Shown here: positions 52,377 to 63,689 of the stretch, one piece after another
Layout: each line of letters starts with the position of its first letter
How positions within the stretch are numbered: the first letter of the stretch is position 1
Notes under the pieces: generated by a model
Seen by the model: the letters and a program-made list of their open reading frames with translations, nothing else
Databases searched by the model: none
Told to the model about the DNA's origin: nothing
Assembly: GCA_963666565.1 (NCBI GenBank)
Contig: OY762911.1
Span: forward strand, 640,001 to 704,000
Source of the DNA: Thermoanaerobaculia bacterium
Lineage (GTDB): Bacteria; Acidobacteriota; Thermoanaerobaculia; Multivoradales; Multivoraceae
DNA length: 64,000 nucleotides
Direction: 5' to 3'
Program-made: the position numbers and the translations under genes

Positions 52377-52400
52377 GCGGGTCGGAAGACCCGCGCACCC
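52377..52400 (-). repeat. REP palindrome
   Basis: GCGGGTCGGAAGACCCGCGCACCC. Confidence 0.9.
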
Positions 52401-52425
52401 AGTGGAGTCTGAGGGAGACAGGTAG

Positions 52426-53307
52426 ATGAGCAGAATGTTGAAGTCCGGTTTGATCCAGATGTCGTTGCCGGAGGGCACCTGCGGCGACGGCGCGTCGGCC
52501 GAAGAGGTCGCCGCCACCGTGGAGGCGATGACGGCCAAGCACATTCCCTGTATCGAGGACGCGGGCCGCCAGGGCGTCCAGGTTCTCTGCCTGCAGGAGG
52601 TGTTCAACACGCCGTACTTCTGCCCCGGCCAGGACTCGAGCTGGTTCGCGGCCGCGGAGCCGGTGCCCGGCCCGGCGACGGAGCGGATGGCGGAGTACGC
52701 GCGCCGGTTCGGCATGGTCATCGTCGTGCCGGTCTACGAGCGCGAGACCGCGGGCATCCTCTACAACACGGCCGCCGTCATCGACGCCGACGGCAGCTAT
52801 CTCGGCAAGTACCGCAAGACCCACATTCCGCAGGTGGCCGGCTTCTGGGAGAAGTACTTCTTCCGCCCGGGCAACCTGGGCTACCCGGTCTTCGACACCG
52901 CCTTCGGCCGGATCGGCGTCTACATCTGCTACGACCGCCACTTCCCCGAAGGCGCCCGCGCCCTGGGCCTGGCCGGCGCCGAGATCGTCTACAACCCGTC
53001 CGCCACCGTCGCCGGGCTCTCCGACCACCTGTGGACCATCGAGCAGCCGGCCCACGCGGTCGCCAACGGCTACTTCATGGGCTGTATCAACCGGGTCGGC
53101 ACCGAGAAGCCGTGGGATCTCGGCTCCTTCTACGGCAGCAGCTACTTCGTCAGCCCCAGGGGCGAGATCGTCGCCCAGGCCTCGAAGGACCAGGACGAAC
53201 TCCTTGTCGCCGACCTCGACCTGGAGATGATCGACGAAGTGCGCTCGGTGTGGCAGTTCTACCGCGACCGCCGGCCCGAGGCCTACGAGGAACTGGTCCA
53301 GCCCTGA
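52426..53307 (+). CDS. Nitrilase-family beta-ureidopropionase (N-carbamoyl-beta-alanine amidohydrolase)
   Basis: E-K-C triad: LQEVF, YRKTHIP, YICYDRHFPE; follows hydA. Confidence 0.9.
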   Translation: MSRMLKSGLIQMSLPEGTCGDGASAEEVAATVEAMTAKHIPCIEDAGRQGVQVLCLQEVFNTPYFCPGQDSSWFAAAEPVPGPATERMAEYARRFGMVIVVPVYERETAGILYNTAAVIDADGSYLGKYRKTHIPQVAGFWEKYFFRPGNLGYPVFDTAFGRIGVYICYDRHFPEGARALGLAGAEIVYNPSATVAGLSDHLWTIEQPAHAVANGYFMGCINRVGTEKPWDLGSFYGSSYFVSPRGEIVAQASKDQDELLVADLDLEMIDEVRSVWQFYRDRRPEAYEELVQP

Positions 53308-53366
53308 GGGCCTGGAAGGGAGCCGGCCTGACGGCCGGCGCGTTCTTCTGGCCGCCTTCGGCGGCA

Positions 53367-53389
53367 GCGGGTCAGAAGACCCGCGCACC
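53367..53389 (-). repeat. REP palindrome
   Basis: GCGGGTCAGAAGACCCGCGCACC. Confidence 0.9.
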
Positions 53390-53420
53390 GACAGGGCTGG
53401 ATAGTGCGTCGGCCCCTCCC

Positions 53421-53616
53421 GGCACGACGTCCAGCCCAGTCGGGGCAGGAGGGGTCGGCGCCCAGGTGCCTCTGAACGAGCGACTGCCGACGACGTTGCA
53501 TTGACCGATGCCCAAACGGAGCGAGTGAAGCGGAGCGAGCGCCACCCCTCCCATCTCCTCTTGAGCGCGAGCGTCAACTGGGCGTCGACCCCTCCTGCCC
53601 CAAGACGGGCGGGTGC
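53421..53616. repeat. Long-hairpin element copy B
   Basis: IR 53442-53465/53578-53601; reverse-complement homolog of 1963-2158; REPs on both sides (53367-53389, 53645-53668). Confidence 0.85.
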
Positions 53617-53690
53617 GTCCTCAGCCGCTCCGCAGCGCCCGGCAGCGGGTCGGAAGACCCGCGCACCCAGTGGGCCGGACGCGGTGGGCG

Positions 53691-55070
53691 TCAGCTTGCG
53701 CGGCTCTCGATCGTGACTCGCAGGCGTTTCATCATCTCGTGCAGCGTCGTCGGCTTGACCTTCAGCCGCTCGGCGGCGCGCTTCTGGACGCCGCCGCAGG
53801 CCTGGAGGGCCTTGACGATCAGCTCGCGCTCGTAGGCGCTGACCGCCTCCTTGAACGAGACCCCCGCCTTCGGCAGGGCCACCGTCGCCGTCGCCGCCGC
53901 GGCGGGTTCCCGGAGGTTGCCGGGCAGCAGGTCGAGGCCGATCTCCTCGCCCGTCGAGAGCACGACGGCCCGCTCGATCACGTTCTCCAGTTCGCGCACG
54001 TTGCCGGGCCAACGATGTGCCATCAGCACGTCCATCGCCTCCGGAGTGAGCCGGCGAGGCGGCTTCTCGTTCTCGTTCGAGTACATGCGGAGGAAGTGCT
54101 GCGAGATCAGCGGAATGTCCTCGGCCCGCTTCGACAGGGGCGGAATCTGGATCGTGATGACGTTCAGCCGGTAGTAGAGGTCCTCGCGGAAGTCGCCCTC
54201 GGCCACCCGCTCCTCCAGGTCGGCGTTCGTCGCCGCGACCAGGCGGACGTCGGCGCGCAGGGTCTCCAGCCCGCCGAGGCGCATGAACTCCTTCTCCTGG
54301 ATCACGCGCAGCAGCTTGGACTGCGTGTCGGGCGGGATGTTTCCGATCTCGTCGAAGAAGATCGTGCCCCCGTCGGCGACCTCGAACAGCCCCTTCTTGT
54401 GCGAGACGGCGCCGGTGAAGGCGCCCTTGACGTGGCCGAACAGGGTGCTCTCCAGGAGCTCGCTGGGCATCGACCCGGAGTTCACGGTGACGAACGGCCC
54501 GTCCTTGCGCTTCGAGTTGTTGTGGATCGACTTGGCGACGAGCTCCTTGCCGGTGCCGCTCTCGCCGCGGATCAGGATGTTGCTCTTCGACGGCGCGGCC
54601 CGGCGGATCAAGTCGAACACCTGGCGGATGGACCGGCTCTTGCCGATGATGCTGTCGAACCCCTGGCGCTCGCGAAGCTGCTCCTTGAGGTCCCGGTTCT
54701 CGGCGGTCAGGCGGCGGCGCTCCAGGCCCTGGCGGATGGTGAGCCGGACCTCTTCGTTCTTGAACGGCTTCGGCAGGTAGTGGAACGCGCCCTCGCGCAT
54801 CGCCTCGATCGCGCCTTCGATCGAGGAGTAGGCGGTGATCACGACGACGACCTGGTCCGGGTCGCTCCGGCGGATGCGCCGCATGACCTCCTTGCCGTTC
54901 ATGTCCGGCAGCATCAGGTCGAGCAGCACCAGGTCGATCTCCTCCTGGCCGAGGACGGTCAGCGCCTCCTGGCCCGAGGCGCAGCAGATCGGATGGTGCC
55001 CTTCCTGCCGGATGAGGGCGGTGAGGACGTCCTGCAGGACCTCTTCGTCGTCGACGATGAGGATGTTCAT
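53691..55070 (-). CDS. Sigma54-dependent response regulator (NtrC/PilR family)
   Basis: Receiver ILIVDDE, GESGTGKE, GAFTGA, FREDLYYRL, WPGNVREL, Fis HTH. Confidence 0.95.
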   Translation of the reverse strand: MNILIVDDEEVLQDVLTALIRQEGHHPICCASGQEALTVLGQEEIDLVLLDLMLPDMNGKEVMRRIRRSDPDQVVVVITAYSSIEGAIEAMREGAFHYLPKPFKNEEVRLTIRQGLERRRLTAENRDLKEQLRERQGFDSIIGKSRSIRQVFDLIRRAAPSKSNILIRGESGTGKELVAKSIHNNSKRKDGPFVTVNSGSMPSELLESTLFGHVKGAFTGAVSHKKGLFEVADGGTIFFDEIGNIPPDTQSKLLRVIQEKEFMRLGGLETLRADVRLVAATNADLEERVAEGDFREDLYYRLNVITIQIPPLSKRAEDIPLISQHFLRMYSNENEKPPRRLTPEAMDVLMAHRWPGNVRELENVIERAVVLSTGEEIGLDLLPGNLREPAAAATATVALPKAGVSFKEAVSAYERELIVKALQACGGVQKRAAERLKVKPTTLHEMMKRLRVTIESRAS

Positions 55071-57928
55071 TCGTCGTTCTCCTTCGACCGGGCCGGGCGG
55101 CGCATTCCCGGCAGGCGGAGCGCGAGGCGGCAGCCGCCGGACGGGAGGTTCGAGGCCGCCAGTTCGCCGCCGTGGCGACGGACGATCTCCTGGCTGATCG
55201 ACAGGCCGAGGCCGGTGCCGCCGGCGGCCTTGCGGGTGGAGAAGAAGGGCTCGAAAACGCGGTCGAGGCGCCGCTCGGGGATGCCGGGTCCGGTGTCGTC
55301 GATGAACACCTCGACCGTGCCGCCCGGCCGCCGTCCCCGTGCCCGCCGGCGGTCGCGGGCGCCGGATCCCGGTTCGCGCGGGGACGCGCCGGCCGAATCG
55401 CGGACCGAGAGCGAGAGCCGCCTCTCGGCGCAGCCCGCCTCCGTCATCGCCTCGACGGCGTTGGTCATCAGGTTGACGAGCACCTGGCCGAGTTCCGTGT
55501 CGTTGCCGGGCACCCAAGCCGCGGCGTGCGGGCCGAGGTCCACCCGGAGTTCGACGCCGGCTTCGGCGAGCCGCTCGGCCAGCGCCTCGCAGCTCTCCCG
55601 GACCACGGCGCCCAGGTCGACCGGCGCCGGTTCGTGCCGGCCGCGGCGCGCGAAGTCCAGAAGCGTGTTGACGATGCGGGCGGCCCGGAAGGTCTGGCGT
55701 TCGACCTTGCGCAGGAGCCGCCGGCGCGGATCCCGGTCGGGAGTCTCGGCCAGCAGCATCTGGGCGTAGCTGGAGATGCCGGTCAGCGGTGTGTTCACCT
55801 CGTGGGCGACGCCGGCGGCCATCGCCCCGAGCGCCGCCAGCCGTTCCTTCTCCGCCAGCTCCTTCTTCATCGCGACCCGCTCGGTGACGTCGTGGGCCAC
55901 GACCACCCGGTGGCCGGGCGCGGCGCCCTGGAACGCCGCGACGGACAACTGGAGGAACCTCTCCCCGCGCCGCGGATCCTCGAACGGCGCCTCGACGGGC
56001 GGGTCGTCCAGCCCCGGCAGCAGGCGGAGAGGAATCAGGTCGCCGAGCGCGCGGCCGGCGACGGCGCCGCGACCGAGGCCCGCGAGCGCCGCGAAGGCGC
56101 GGTTCGCCGTCACGATCCGGTTCGTCCGGTCGATGACCGCGATGCCGGCCGGCGAGGACTCGATGATCTCCTCGCTGAACTGCTTCAGCTCGGAGACCCG
56201 GTTCAACTGCCGCTGCCGCTGCTCGAGCAGTTGCGCGTTCTCGATCGCCAGGACCGCCTGGTTCAGAAGCTGGCGGATCAGGGTCAGGTCGTCGGTGGAG
56301 AGCGGCGCGCCGCCGGCGCGCCGGCCGACGTAGAGCAGACCGACCCGGCGGTCGCGCACCTCGAGCGGGAAGACGTAGTGATAGCCGAGCACCGCCAGGC
56401 GCGGGTAGCCGCTGTCGGCGACGTCGGCCAGCGGCGCCCGCGAGAGAGCCCGGTGCGGCTGGCGCCAGATGGAGGGATCGATTTCGGCCAGCCGCAGGTC
56501 GGGCGCCTCGGACTCTTCCCGCACCGGCGCCAGACGGTCGCCTTCGACCAGGAACAGATTGCTCCGCTCCAGGCTGAGGCCCTCTTCCAGTTCGCGCAGC
56601 AAGCTCGACGCGAGCCGCCCGAGATCCCTTTCGTGCAGCAGCTCGTCGCCGAGTCTCGCGAGCGCGCGGCGGCTGCGCTGGGCGCGGTACTGGAGCCGCT
56701 GGAGACTCGATCCGATGCCCTGCTTCACCGGGATCGAGAGGGTGCCCACGACGAGCAGGGCGCTGGCATTCAGGAAGCCCCTGGCAACCGCCATGTCCTG
56801 GGGCACGCCGCGGCGGATCAGCAGGCTGAGCAGGGAGAAGCCGAGCACGGCGAGCAGCACCGTGAGCGCGTAGGTGGCGACATCGCGGGCGATCACGGCC
56901 ACGTCCCAGAGCCGGTAGCGGAGCAGGGCGTAGGCGAAGCTCAGCGGAACCAGTGCCAGCGGCGCCACCGCGAGGGCATCGAGCCAGGCGGGCGCCGGCA
57001 GGGCGAGCGCGAAGGGCGCGGCGTAGAGCAGCAGAAACGGCACGTAGCCGCCGGCGACGCCGAAGGCGATCCACTGGGTCTGCCGTCCCTGCTCCCAGTC
57101 CCGCCGCGACAGCAGCCGGCGGCCCAGCACCGCGGCCGCGGCGAGGGCGAAGGCCACCAGCAGCAGAAGTTCGACGCGGTCCTGCCGCTCCAGGGCGGCG
57201 GCCGAGAGCTCGCCGGCCAGCCGCCCGGCGCCGAAGATCCGGTCGAGCTGCAGCGCCAGCAGCGCGGCCGCCGGCAGGTAGAGCCAAGGTACCGCGCGGC
57301 GCGCCCAGGGGGAGGTCGGGCGCACCGGGAACACGAGGAAGAAGTGCAGCGTAAGCGGCGGCAGCAGCAGCCGGCAGACGCCGTCGACGAGGAAGAACAG
57401 GCGGTCGATCGCGTCGTAGGGCACGACCGGCGTCACCAGGTAGAGAGCGGCCGACGTCAGGGCCCACAGGTGGAACAGGAGCGTCTGCCGGCTGCGCTGG
57501 CGGCTCAGCGTGTAGAGCCCGATCAGCAGGTAGGCGATCCCGGTCAGAGCGAGGACGATGTACGCCCAGTCCAGGCTCAGGCCGGGCAGCCGGTGCAGCG
57601 CCGTGACGAGTTCCTCGCCGTCCTCTGTCTCGCGGAGCACCTGCAGGTCGCTCTCCGCGCGCCGGCGCAGCAGGCGCTCCAGCTCGCCGGCCGACAGCGG
57701 CGCTTCGCCGTTCGCCAGGACGATGACGTCGCCGGGAAGAAGCTCCGACTCCTCGGCGGCGGCGAGCACCCGCAACTCGGCGCCGGCCGGCTCGACCGTC
57801 AGACCGACCTCCTGGAACGAGGTCACCTTGCGGCCCATCGAGAAGCCGCCCAGGCCGACGACGAGGATCGTCGCGAGCAGCAGCGCGGCGGTCAGGCCGA
57901 GCCGGGCGGGTCGGGACTCGATGCGCAT
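55067..57928 (-). CDS. Membrane sensor histidine kinase (PDZ-like, multi-TM, GAF, PAS)
   Basis: H box AHEVNTPL, N box NLMTNA, DTGPGI, FEPFFST, GTGLGL. Confidence 0.93.
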   Translation of the reverse strand: MRIESRPARLGLTAALLLATILVVGLGGFSMGRKVTSFQEVGLTVEPAGAELRVLAAAEESELLPGDVIVLANGEAPLSAGELERLLRRRAESDLQVLRETEDGEELVTALHRLPGLSLDWAYIVLALTGIAYLLIGLYTLSRQRSRQTLLFHLWALTSAALYLVTPVVPYDAIDRLFFLVDGVCRLLLPPLTLHFFLVFPVRPTSPWARRAVPWLYLPAAALLALQLDRIFGAGRLAGELSAAALERQDRVELLLLVAFALAAAAVLGRRLLSRRDWEQGRQTQWIAFGVAGGYVPFLLLYAAPFALALPAPAWLDALAVAPLALVPLSFAYALLRYRLWDVAVIARDVATYALTVLLAVLGFSLLSLLIRRGVPQDMAVARGFLNASALLVVGTLSIPVKQGIGSSLQRLQYRAQRSRRALARLGDELLHERDLGRLASSLLRELEEGLSLERSNLFLVEGDRLAPVREESEAPDLRLAEIDPSIWRQPHRALSRAPLADVADSGYPRLAVLGYHYVFPLEVRDRRVGLLYVGRRAGGAPLSTDDLTLIRQLLNQAVLAIENAQLLEQRQRQLNRVSELKQFSEEIIESSPAGIAVIDRTNRIVTANRAFAALAGLGRGAVAGRALGDLIPLRLLPGLDDPPVEAPFEDPRRGERFLQLSVAAFQGAAPGHRVVVAHDVTERVAMKKELAEKERLAALGAMAAGVAHEVNTPLTGISSYAQMLLAETPDRDPRRRLLRKVERQTFRAARIVNTLLDFARRGRHEPAPVDLGAVVRESCEALAERLAEAGVELRVDLGPHAAAWVPGNDTELGQVLVNLMTNAVEAMTEAGCAERRLSLSVRDSAGASPREPGSGARDRRRARGRRPGGTVEVFIDDTGPGIPERRLDRVFEPFFSTRKAAGGTGLGLSISQEIVRRHGGELAASNLPSGGCRLALRLPGMRRPARSKENDE

Positions 57929-58013
57929 CGCTGGACGGGTCGTGGCGGCTGTGTGTCTTCCGTGCCTCAGTCGCGGCCGGCAGGCCGTCTCCGGGGCAAT
58001 TCAGCTTCTTGGA

Positions 58014-58030
58014 AGCACGTCCCGTGCCGG
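58014..58030 (-). promoter_or_regulatory. Candidate sigma54 -24/-12 promoter for the kinase/regulator operon
   Basis: CCGGCACGGGACGTGCT (GG-N10-GC; consensus TGGCACG-N4-TTGC), about 85 nt upstream of the kinase ATG. Confidence 0.4.
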
Positions 58031-58142
58031 AACCGGACCGCGGCTATTCGCCTGATTCTAAGCCAGTTCAGGCGGATCCCGGTACCGCCGGGATCCAACC
58101 CGTTGATTCCGCTCCGGTTCCCTGAATCGCACCGAGCGCGCT

Positions 58143-58279
58143 GGGTGCGCGGGTCTTCCGACCCGCTCCGGGCGGCGCCGCAAAGCGGTGCAGCCCGAAC
58201 AAAGTAGCCGCCGGCCTTTGGCCGGCGACGATGTTGGACGCCGCCTGCGGCGGAAGCGGGTCGGAAGACCCGCGCACCC
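58143..58279. mobile_element. REPIN, 137 bp
   Basis: Inverted REP pair; spacer is the reverse-complement homolog of 31584-31672. Confidence 0.8.
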
Positions 58280-58290
58280 AGCGCACCCAG

Positions 58291-59175
58291 CTACAAACGC
58301 CGCAAGGTCAGTACCCGCGGAATCCCCGCCAGGTCGGCGATCGCCCACTCCTCCTCGAAGCCGCCCCGCTCCGCCATCTCCCGCACCGCGTCGAGCTGGC
58401 CCTTGCCGATCTCCAGCAGCAGCCTCTGGCCGGCACGCAGGAAGCCGCCCGCCGCCAGCAGGCGGCGGTAGAACTCCAGGCCGTCGCCGGCAAGCAGGGC
58501 CTCGGGCGGCTCGTGGTCGCGGACTTCGGGCATCAGCGACGCCCACTCGCCGGCGTCGATGTACGGCGGGTTCGAGACGACCACGTCGAACGCTCCCGGC
58601 CGCAGCCCCGCCAGCAGGTCGGCCCGCACCAGGCGCACCCGGTCGCCGACGCCGTGCCGCCGGCAGTTCGCGGCCGCGACCGCCAGCGCGCCGGCCGAGA
58701 CATCCGTCGCGACCACCCGGCTGCCGGGCCGCTCCAGCGCCACCGTGACCGCGATGCAGCCGCAGCCGGCGCCGACGTCGAGCACCCTGGCGGCGCCGTC
58801 GCCGATGCAGTTCAGCGCCGCCTCCACCAGGTGCTCCGTCTCCGGCCTCGGGATCAGCACGCGCGGGTCGACGGCGAAGGTCCGCCCGTAGAACTCGCGC
58901 CGCCCCAGCAGATAGGCGACCGGAACCCGGTCCGCCCGGCGGCGGATCAACTGGCCGTAGCTCACCGCGGCAGGCTCGGCCACGTCGTCGTCGGCGCGGG
59001 CGTAGAGCTGCGCCTCCGCCAGCCCCAGCACCTCGCCGAGCAGCAGCGCCGCCTCCCGCCGAGGCTGCTCCACCAGGCCGGCGAGGTGCTCCCGCCCCAG
59101 GTCGAGCAGGTCGACGATGCGGGCCGTGCGGGCGGCGCGGTCCGCCCCGGCCTGGGGCTTCGGGCTGTCCGGCAT
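58291..59175 (-). CDS. prmC: Release factor glutamine methyltransferase
   Basis: VLIPRPETE, LDVGAGCG, SNPPY; follows prfA. Confidence 0.95.
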   Translation of the reverse strand: MPDSPKPQAGADRAARTARIVDLLDLGREHLAGLVEQPRREAALLLGEVLGLAEAQLYARADDDVAEPAAVSYGQLIRRRADRVPVAYLLGRREFYGRTFAVDPRVLIPRPETEHLVEAALNCIGDGAARVLDVGAGCGCIAVTVALERPGSRVVATDVSAGALAVAAANCRRHGVGDRVRLVRADLLAGLRPGAFDVVVSNPPYIDAGEWASLMPEVRDHEPPEALLAGDGLEFYRRLLAAGGFLRAGQRLLLEIGKGQLDAVREMAERGGFEEEWAIADLAGIPRVLTLRRL

Positions 59176-59219
59176 CCGGGCTCTGCCGAGTTGCGGGGGC
59201 GGTTGCGGGCGCTGCGCGC

Positions 59220-60305
59220 TCAGACCCGGTCGGCGTCGCCCGTCTGCCGCAGCCTCTCCGCCTCGAAGTGCTGCTGCACCGGCACGATCAGCGGTTCGAG
59301 GTCGCCCTCGAGGATCGACGGCAGCTTGTGGACGGACAGCCCCACGCGGTGGTCCGTCACCCGGTTCTGGGGGAAGTTGTAGGTGCGGATCTTCTCCGAG
59401 CGGTCGCCGCTGCCGACCATCCGCCGGCGCTCCTCGCCCATCTCGGCGCTTGCCCTCGCCTCCTCGATCTCCAGCAGGCGGCTCTTCAGCACCCGCATCG
59501 CCTTCGCCTTGTTCTTGATCTGGCTGCGCTCGTCCTGGCAGGTGACGACCAGCCCGGTCGGCTGGTGGGTCAGCCGGACCGCCGAGTAGGTCGTGTTGAC
59601 GCCCTGGCCGCCGGGGCCGGATGCGCAGTATGTGTCCACGCGCAGGTCGGAGGGCTCGATCTCGATCTCGATGTCCTCCGCCTCCGGCAGCACGGCGACC
59701 GTCACCGCCGAGGTGTGGATGCGGCCGGAAGCCTCCGTCTCGGGCACCCGCTGGACGCGGTGGACGCCCGCCTCGTAGCGCAGCGTCGCGAACGCGCCGC
59801 GGCCCTCGACGATCGCCGACACCTCCTTGATGCCCCGGATGCCGGACTCCGAGAGGTCGAGGATGTCGACCTTCCAGCCGTGATCGCCGGCGTAGCGGCT
59901 GTACATACGGAACAGTTCGGCCGCGAACAGGGTCGCCTCGTCGCCGCCGGTGCCGGCGCGGATCTCAAGCACCGCGTTGCGTTTCTCGTTCGGGTCCTTC
60001 GGCGCGAGTTCCTCCCGGATCGTCTCCTCGATCGACGCGACCGTCTCCTCCAGCAGGCCCTTCTCCTCGGCCGCCATCTCGTACAGGTCGTCGCTGCGGT
60101 CGAGTTCGCCCAGGAGTTCCGCTGTCTGGTCGAGCTCCTCCTTCGTCTTCCGGTACCGCTGGTAAAGCTCGACGACCGGGTTCAGCTCGGCCAGCGCCCG
60201 GCTCGTGTCGCGAAAGAGGCCGGGGTTGGCGAGCACGTCCGGATCGGCGAGCTTCACCGTCAACTCGTCGTACGTCCGCTCAATCCGTTCGAGTTTGTCG
60301 AGCAT
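59220..60305 (-). CDS. prfA: Peptide chain release factor 1
   Basis: [17 protein letters not shown] (PxT), [13 protein letters not shown]. Confidence 0.97.
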   Translation of the reverse strand: MLDKLERIERTYDELTVKLADPDVLANPGLFRDTSRALAELNPVVELYQRYRKTKEELDQTAELLGELDRSDDLYEMAAEEKGLLEETVASIEETIREELAPKDPNEKRNAVLEIRAGTGGDEATLFAAELFRMYSRYAGDHGWKVDILDLSESGIRGIKEVSAIVEGRGAFATLRYEAGVHRVQRVPETEASGRIHTSAVTVAVLPEAEDIEIEIEPSDLRVDTYCASGPGGQGVNTTYSAVRLTHQPTGLVVTCQDERSQIKNKAKAMRVLKSRLLEIEEARASAEMGEERRRMVGSGDRSEKIRTYNFPQNRVTDHRVGLSVHKLPSILEGDLEPLIVPVQQHFEAERLRQTGDADRV

Positions 60306-60440
60306 CGTCCCGTCCTCTCGGCGGCCCGTCGACCGGCGCCGCGGCTGCCGCTCGGCGGCAACTCTCGCTATCCTGACACGGAAGCGGCCCTCCGGCCGCG
60401 CCTGGAATCGCCAACCGGCCTCGCCGGTTACCCGGATCTT

Positions 60441-62696
60441 ATGGCCCTTCACCTCTGGACGCTGCCGCTCCTGGTCCTGGCCGCCGCCCAGGATCCACGA
60501 ATCCGGCTCGTCGATCTCCAGGCCGCGGGAGATCCGGAGGCCGCGCTTGAGGAGACCCGCCGGCTTCGCGCCGAAGAGCCGGACTTCGGCGGCAGGCACG
60601 GCCTCTGCTACCTGGAGGGGCACCTGCTGGAAGAGCTCGGACGGACCGAGGACGCGTCCGAATCCTTCGCCACCTGCCTGACCGAGACGCCTTCGCTGGA
60701 GCCCTGGGCCCGCCACCGCCTCGCCGCGGGCCAGATGCGGCTCGGCTACCCGGAGATCGCCGCCGGGGTCACTGCCACCCTGCTCGGCGGCCAGCCGCCC
60801 CGGGTCCTGGTGCAGCCCGCGGCCGAGCTGCTCGCCGCGAGCCTCGACCTCGGCGGCGACTGCAGGCTCCTCGGCGGCATCGCCACGTCGCGACTGCCGG
60901 CGCCCGAACGCCGCCTGCTGACCCTCAGCCGGGCCAAGTGCCGCCTCGCCGCCGGCGAACCGGAGGAGGGGGCCGGCGAACTGACCGCGCTGCTCCGGGA
61001 ACGGGCCAACGACCTCGTCGCCTTCGAGGCCGCCGACCTCCTGCACCGGCTGCGCCCCGCCCTGGAGAACCGCCAGGAGGTGCTGCTGCTCGGCAACACG
61101 TTCCACGAGCACGGCGTCTTCGACCGCTCGAACGAACTCCTCGGCCGGATCGTTGTCGACCTGGAGGTCCAGTCGAACTCCGACTTCGAGATCCACTACC
61201 GCTGGGCCCGCAGCCACTTCCGGCAGGGCCGGCTGGAGGACGCCGCCCAGCACTACGAGCTGCTGGCCGCCAACGTCTCCTCGCCGCGCCAGTCGGGGCA
61301 GGCGCTCTACCAGAAGGCGCGGTCGGAAGAGCTCGCCGGCGACTGGATCGCGGCGGCCGCCGACTACCGCCGCGCCTACCTGGCCGATCCTCAGGGCAAC
61401 TACTCCGTGGCGGCGCTGCTCGGCGCGATGCGCCTCGAGTGGCGGCGCGGGCTCGAGGAGGAGGCGCTCGATCTCTACTCCGTGCTGCTCCAGCTCCGGC
61501 ACGACCGCGCGGTACAGGCCCGCGCCAGCCTCTTCCTCGCCGCGTCCGACATCGTCCAGGGCCGGACGGACCGCGCCGGCGACTGGCTCGACGACGCCGT
61601 CCGGGCCAGCCGCAGCGTCGGCTTCGAGGCGCGCTACTGGCGGGGCCGGCTCGACGAGGCTCGCGGCGCGCTCGACCGCGCCATCGAGACCTACGCGGAC
61701 GTGCTCGCCGCCGACCTCTTCCACCCGCTGGCCCGCGAGGCGGAGAAGCGTCTGGCCGCCGAGCCCCTGCGGGCCTACGTCCGGCGCACCGCCGGCGAGT
61801 TCGCCCGTTCGGAGGACCCGGCCCGGCTCTACCGCGCCTGGCTGCTCCACGGCCGGCAGGGCGACGAAGCCGAGGCCGCGCGCCAGGTCCTCCAGGGCCG
61901 CCTGGCCGCGGATCCGGCGGTGCGTTCGTTCTTCGGCCTGCGGAGCGTGCCGCCCGGCGAGTGGCCGCTGTGGGACCGGCCCGTCTCGAACCCGCAGGAA
62001 CTGCTGCTCGCCCTCGGCCTGTGGGGCGACGCGGCCGAGGTCGTCGACCGGCACTTCCCGGTGGCGAACCCGCGCCTGGCCCTCACCGCGGTGGAGGGGC
62101 TGGCCGCGGCCCGGCCCCGGCGCGCCCTGCTGATCGCCGAGATCCTCGCCCAGCGGGCGCCGCGCCGCGTGCCGGAACCGCTCCATCCGCTGACCATGCG
62201 CCGCGCGCTCTACCCCGCCGCCTACGGCGAACTGATCGCCGCGGCCGCCGCCCGGCGCGGCCTGGACCCCTTCCTGATCGCCGGGATCATGCGCCAGGAG
62301 AGCCGCTTCGACCGACAGGCGGTGTCGGCGGCCTCGGCGCGGGGCCTGATGCAGTTCGTTTTCCCCACCGCGGCGCGGCTCGCGGCGAACGCCGGCCGCC
62401 CGCTCGCGACGCCGCGCGAACTGGAGGACCCGGCCTTCGCGATCGAACTCGGCGCCTCCTACCTGGCCGAGCTGCGTTCGCTGTTCGGCAACGAGCAGCA
62501 CGTCATCCTGGCCGCCTACAACGCGGGCGAGGCCCAGGCCGCCCTCTGGCAGCGCCACTGCTACACAAACGGCGCCGACGAGTACTTCACCAAGGTCGGC
62601 TTCCGCGAGACCCGCAACTACCTGGAGCGCGTACTGCACAACGTGGCGCAATACCACGACCTCTACGGCCAGGGCCCGGGCCAGGGCGGCCCATGA
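60441..62696 (+). CDS. Soluble lytic transglycosylase with TPR scaffold (Slt70-like)
   Basis: [26 protein letters not shown]. Confidence 0.92.
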   Translation: MALHLWTLPLLVLAAAQDPRIRLVDLQAAGDPEAALEETRRLRAEEPDFGGRHGLCYLEGHLLEELGRTEDASESFATCLTETPSLEPWARHRLAAGQMRLGYPEIAAGVTATLLGGQPPRVLVQPAAELLAASLDLGGDCRLLGGIATSRLPAPERRLLTLSRAKCRLAAGEPEEGAGELTALLRERANDLVAFEAADLLHRLRPALENRQEVLLLGNTFHEHGVFDRSNELLGRIVVDLEVQSNSDFEIHYRWARSHFRQGRLEDAAQHYELLAANVSSPRQSGQALYQKARSEELAGDWIAAAADYRRAYLADPQGNYSVAALLGAMRLEWRRGLEEEALDLYSVLLQLRHDRAVQARASLFLAASDIVQGRTDRAGDWLDDAVRASRSVGFEARYWRGRLDEARGALDRAIETYADVLAADLFHPLAREAEKRLAAEPLRAYVRRTAGEFARSEDPARLYRAWLLHGRQGDEAEAARQVLQGRLAADPAVRSFFGLRSVPPGEWPLWDRPVSNPQELLLALGLWGDAAEVVDRHFPVANPRLALTAVEGLAAARPRRALLIAEILAQRAPRRVPEPLHPLTMRRALYPAAYGELIAAAAARRGLDPFLIAGIMRQESRFDRQAVSAASARGLMQFVFPTAARLAANAGRPLATPRELEDPAFAIELGASYLAELRSLFGNEQHVILAAYNAGEAQAALWQRHCYTNGADEYFTKVGFRETRNYLERVLHNVAQYHDLYGQGPGQGGP

Positions 62697-63493
62697 GCGA
62701 AGACGAACCGCCCGCGCCGCCGGGTGCGCGGGTCTTCCGACCCGCATCCGGGCGAAGCCGCGAAGCGCGAGCGCCCGCGGCCGCCGGCCGGCTGCGCGTC
62801 GTCGCCACGCCCATCGGCAACCTGGCCGACCTCTCGCCGCGCGCCCGCGAGGCGCTGCTCTCCGCCGACCTCGTCGCCTGCGAGGACACGCGCCGCACCG
62901 GCCGGCTGTTCCAGAGCCTCGGCGCGGCCGGCGGCGAGCGGCGGCCGCCGCTGCTGCCGCTGCACGACCACAACGAAGACCGGCAGATCGCCCGCGTGCT
63001 GGAGCGGCTCGAGCGGGGCGGCGCCGTGGCGCTGGTTTCGGACGCCGGCACGCCGCTCGTCTCCGACCCGGGCTACCGCCTGGTGCGCGCCGCCGTCGAG
63101 CGGGCCATCCCGGTCGAGACGCTGCCTGGACCGTCGGCGATCCTGGCCGCGCTCGTCGTCAGCGGCCTGCCGCCGTACCCGTTCACCTTCCTGGGCTTTC
63201 CGCCGCCCCGGCAGGGGAAGCGCCGGCGCTTCTTCGAGGCGCACGCCGGGCTGGCGCACACGGTCGTGTTCTTCGAGTCGCCGCGGCGGGCCGCCGTCTC
63301 GCTCGCCGACGCCGCGGCCGTCTTCGGCGAGGAGCGCCGCGCCGCCGTGGCCCGCGAACTGACGAAGCTGCACGAAGAGGTGATGCGCGGGCCGCTGGCG
63401 GAGCTTGCCGCCGAGGTTGCCGAGCGCGGCAAGCTCCGAGGCGAAGTGACCGTCGTCGTCGGCCGCGCCGGACTGGGTACGCGGGTCCTCTGA
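62693..63493 (+). CDS. rsmI: 16S rRNA (cytidine1402-2'-O)-methyltransferase
   Basis: [41 protein letters not shown]; REP at 62722-62745 in the N-terminus and a REP-derived stop. Confidence 0.95.
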   Translation: MSEDEPPAPPGARVFRPASGRSREARAPAAAGRLRVVATPIGNLADLSPRAREALLSADLVACEDTRRTGRLFQSLGAAGGERRPPLLPLHDHNEDRQIARVLERLERGGAVALVSDAGTPLVSDPGYRLVRAAVERAIPVETLPGPSAILAALVVSGLPPYPFTFLGFPPPRQGKRRRFFEAHAGLAHTVVFFESPRRAAVSLADAAAVFGEERRAAVARELTKLHEEVMRGPLAELAAEVAERGKLRGEVTVVVGRAGLGTRVL

Positions 63494-63686
63494 CCCGCTG
63501 GGTGCGCGGGTCCTCTGACCCGCTGGGTGCGCGGGTCTTCTGACCCGCTTTCGGGCGCAGCCGCGAAGCGGCGGAGACCGGAGAAAAGTGGACGCCGGCC
63601 GAAGGCCGGCGACGTTATGAGCGCCGCCTGCGGCGACAGCGGGTCAGAAGACCCGCGCACCCGGCGGTCAGGAAGACCCGCGCACC
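63475..63686. repeat. REP cluster: three tandem copies (25-bp period), REPIN 63525-63662 and a degenerate copy
   Basis: Read directly from the sequence. Confidence 0.88.
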
Positions 63687-63689
63687 GGG

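Noticed and set aside
63475-63548. Tandem 24-25 bp repeats (also 27622-27711) as a CRISPR array
   Set aside because: No unique spacers of regular length, no cas genes, and the same motif is dispersed in both orientations
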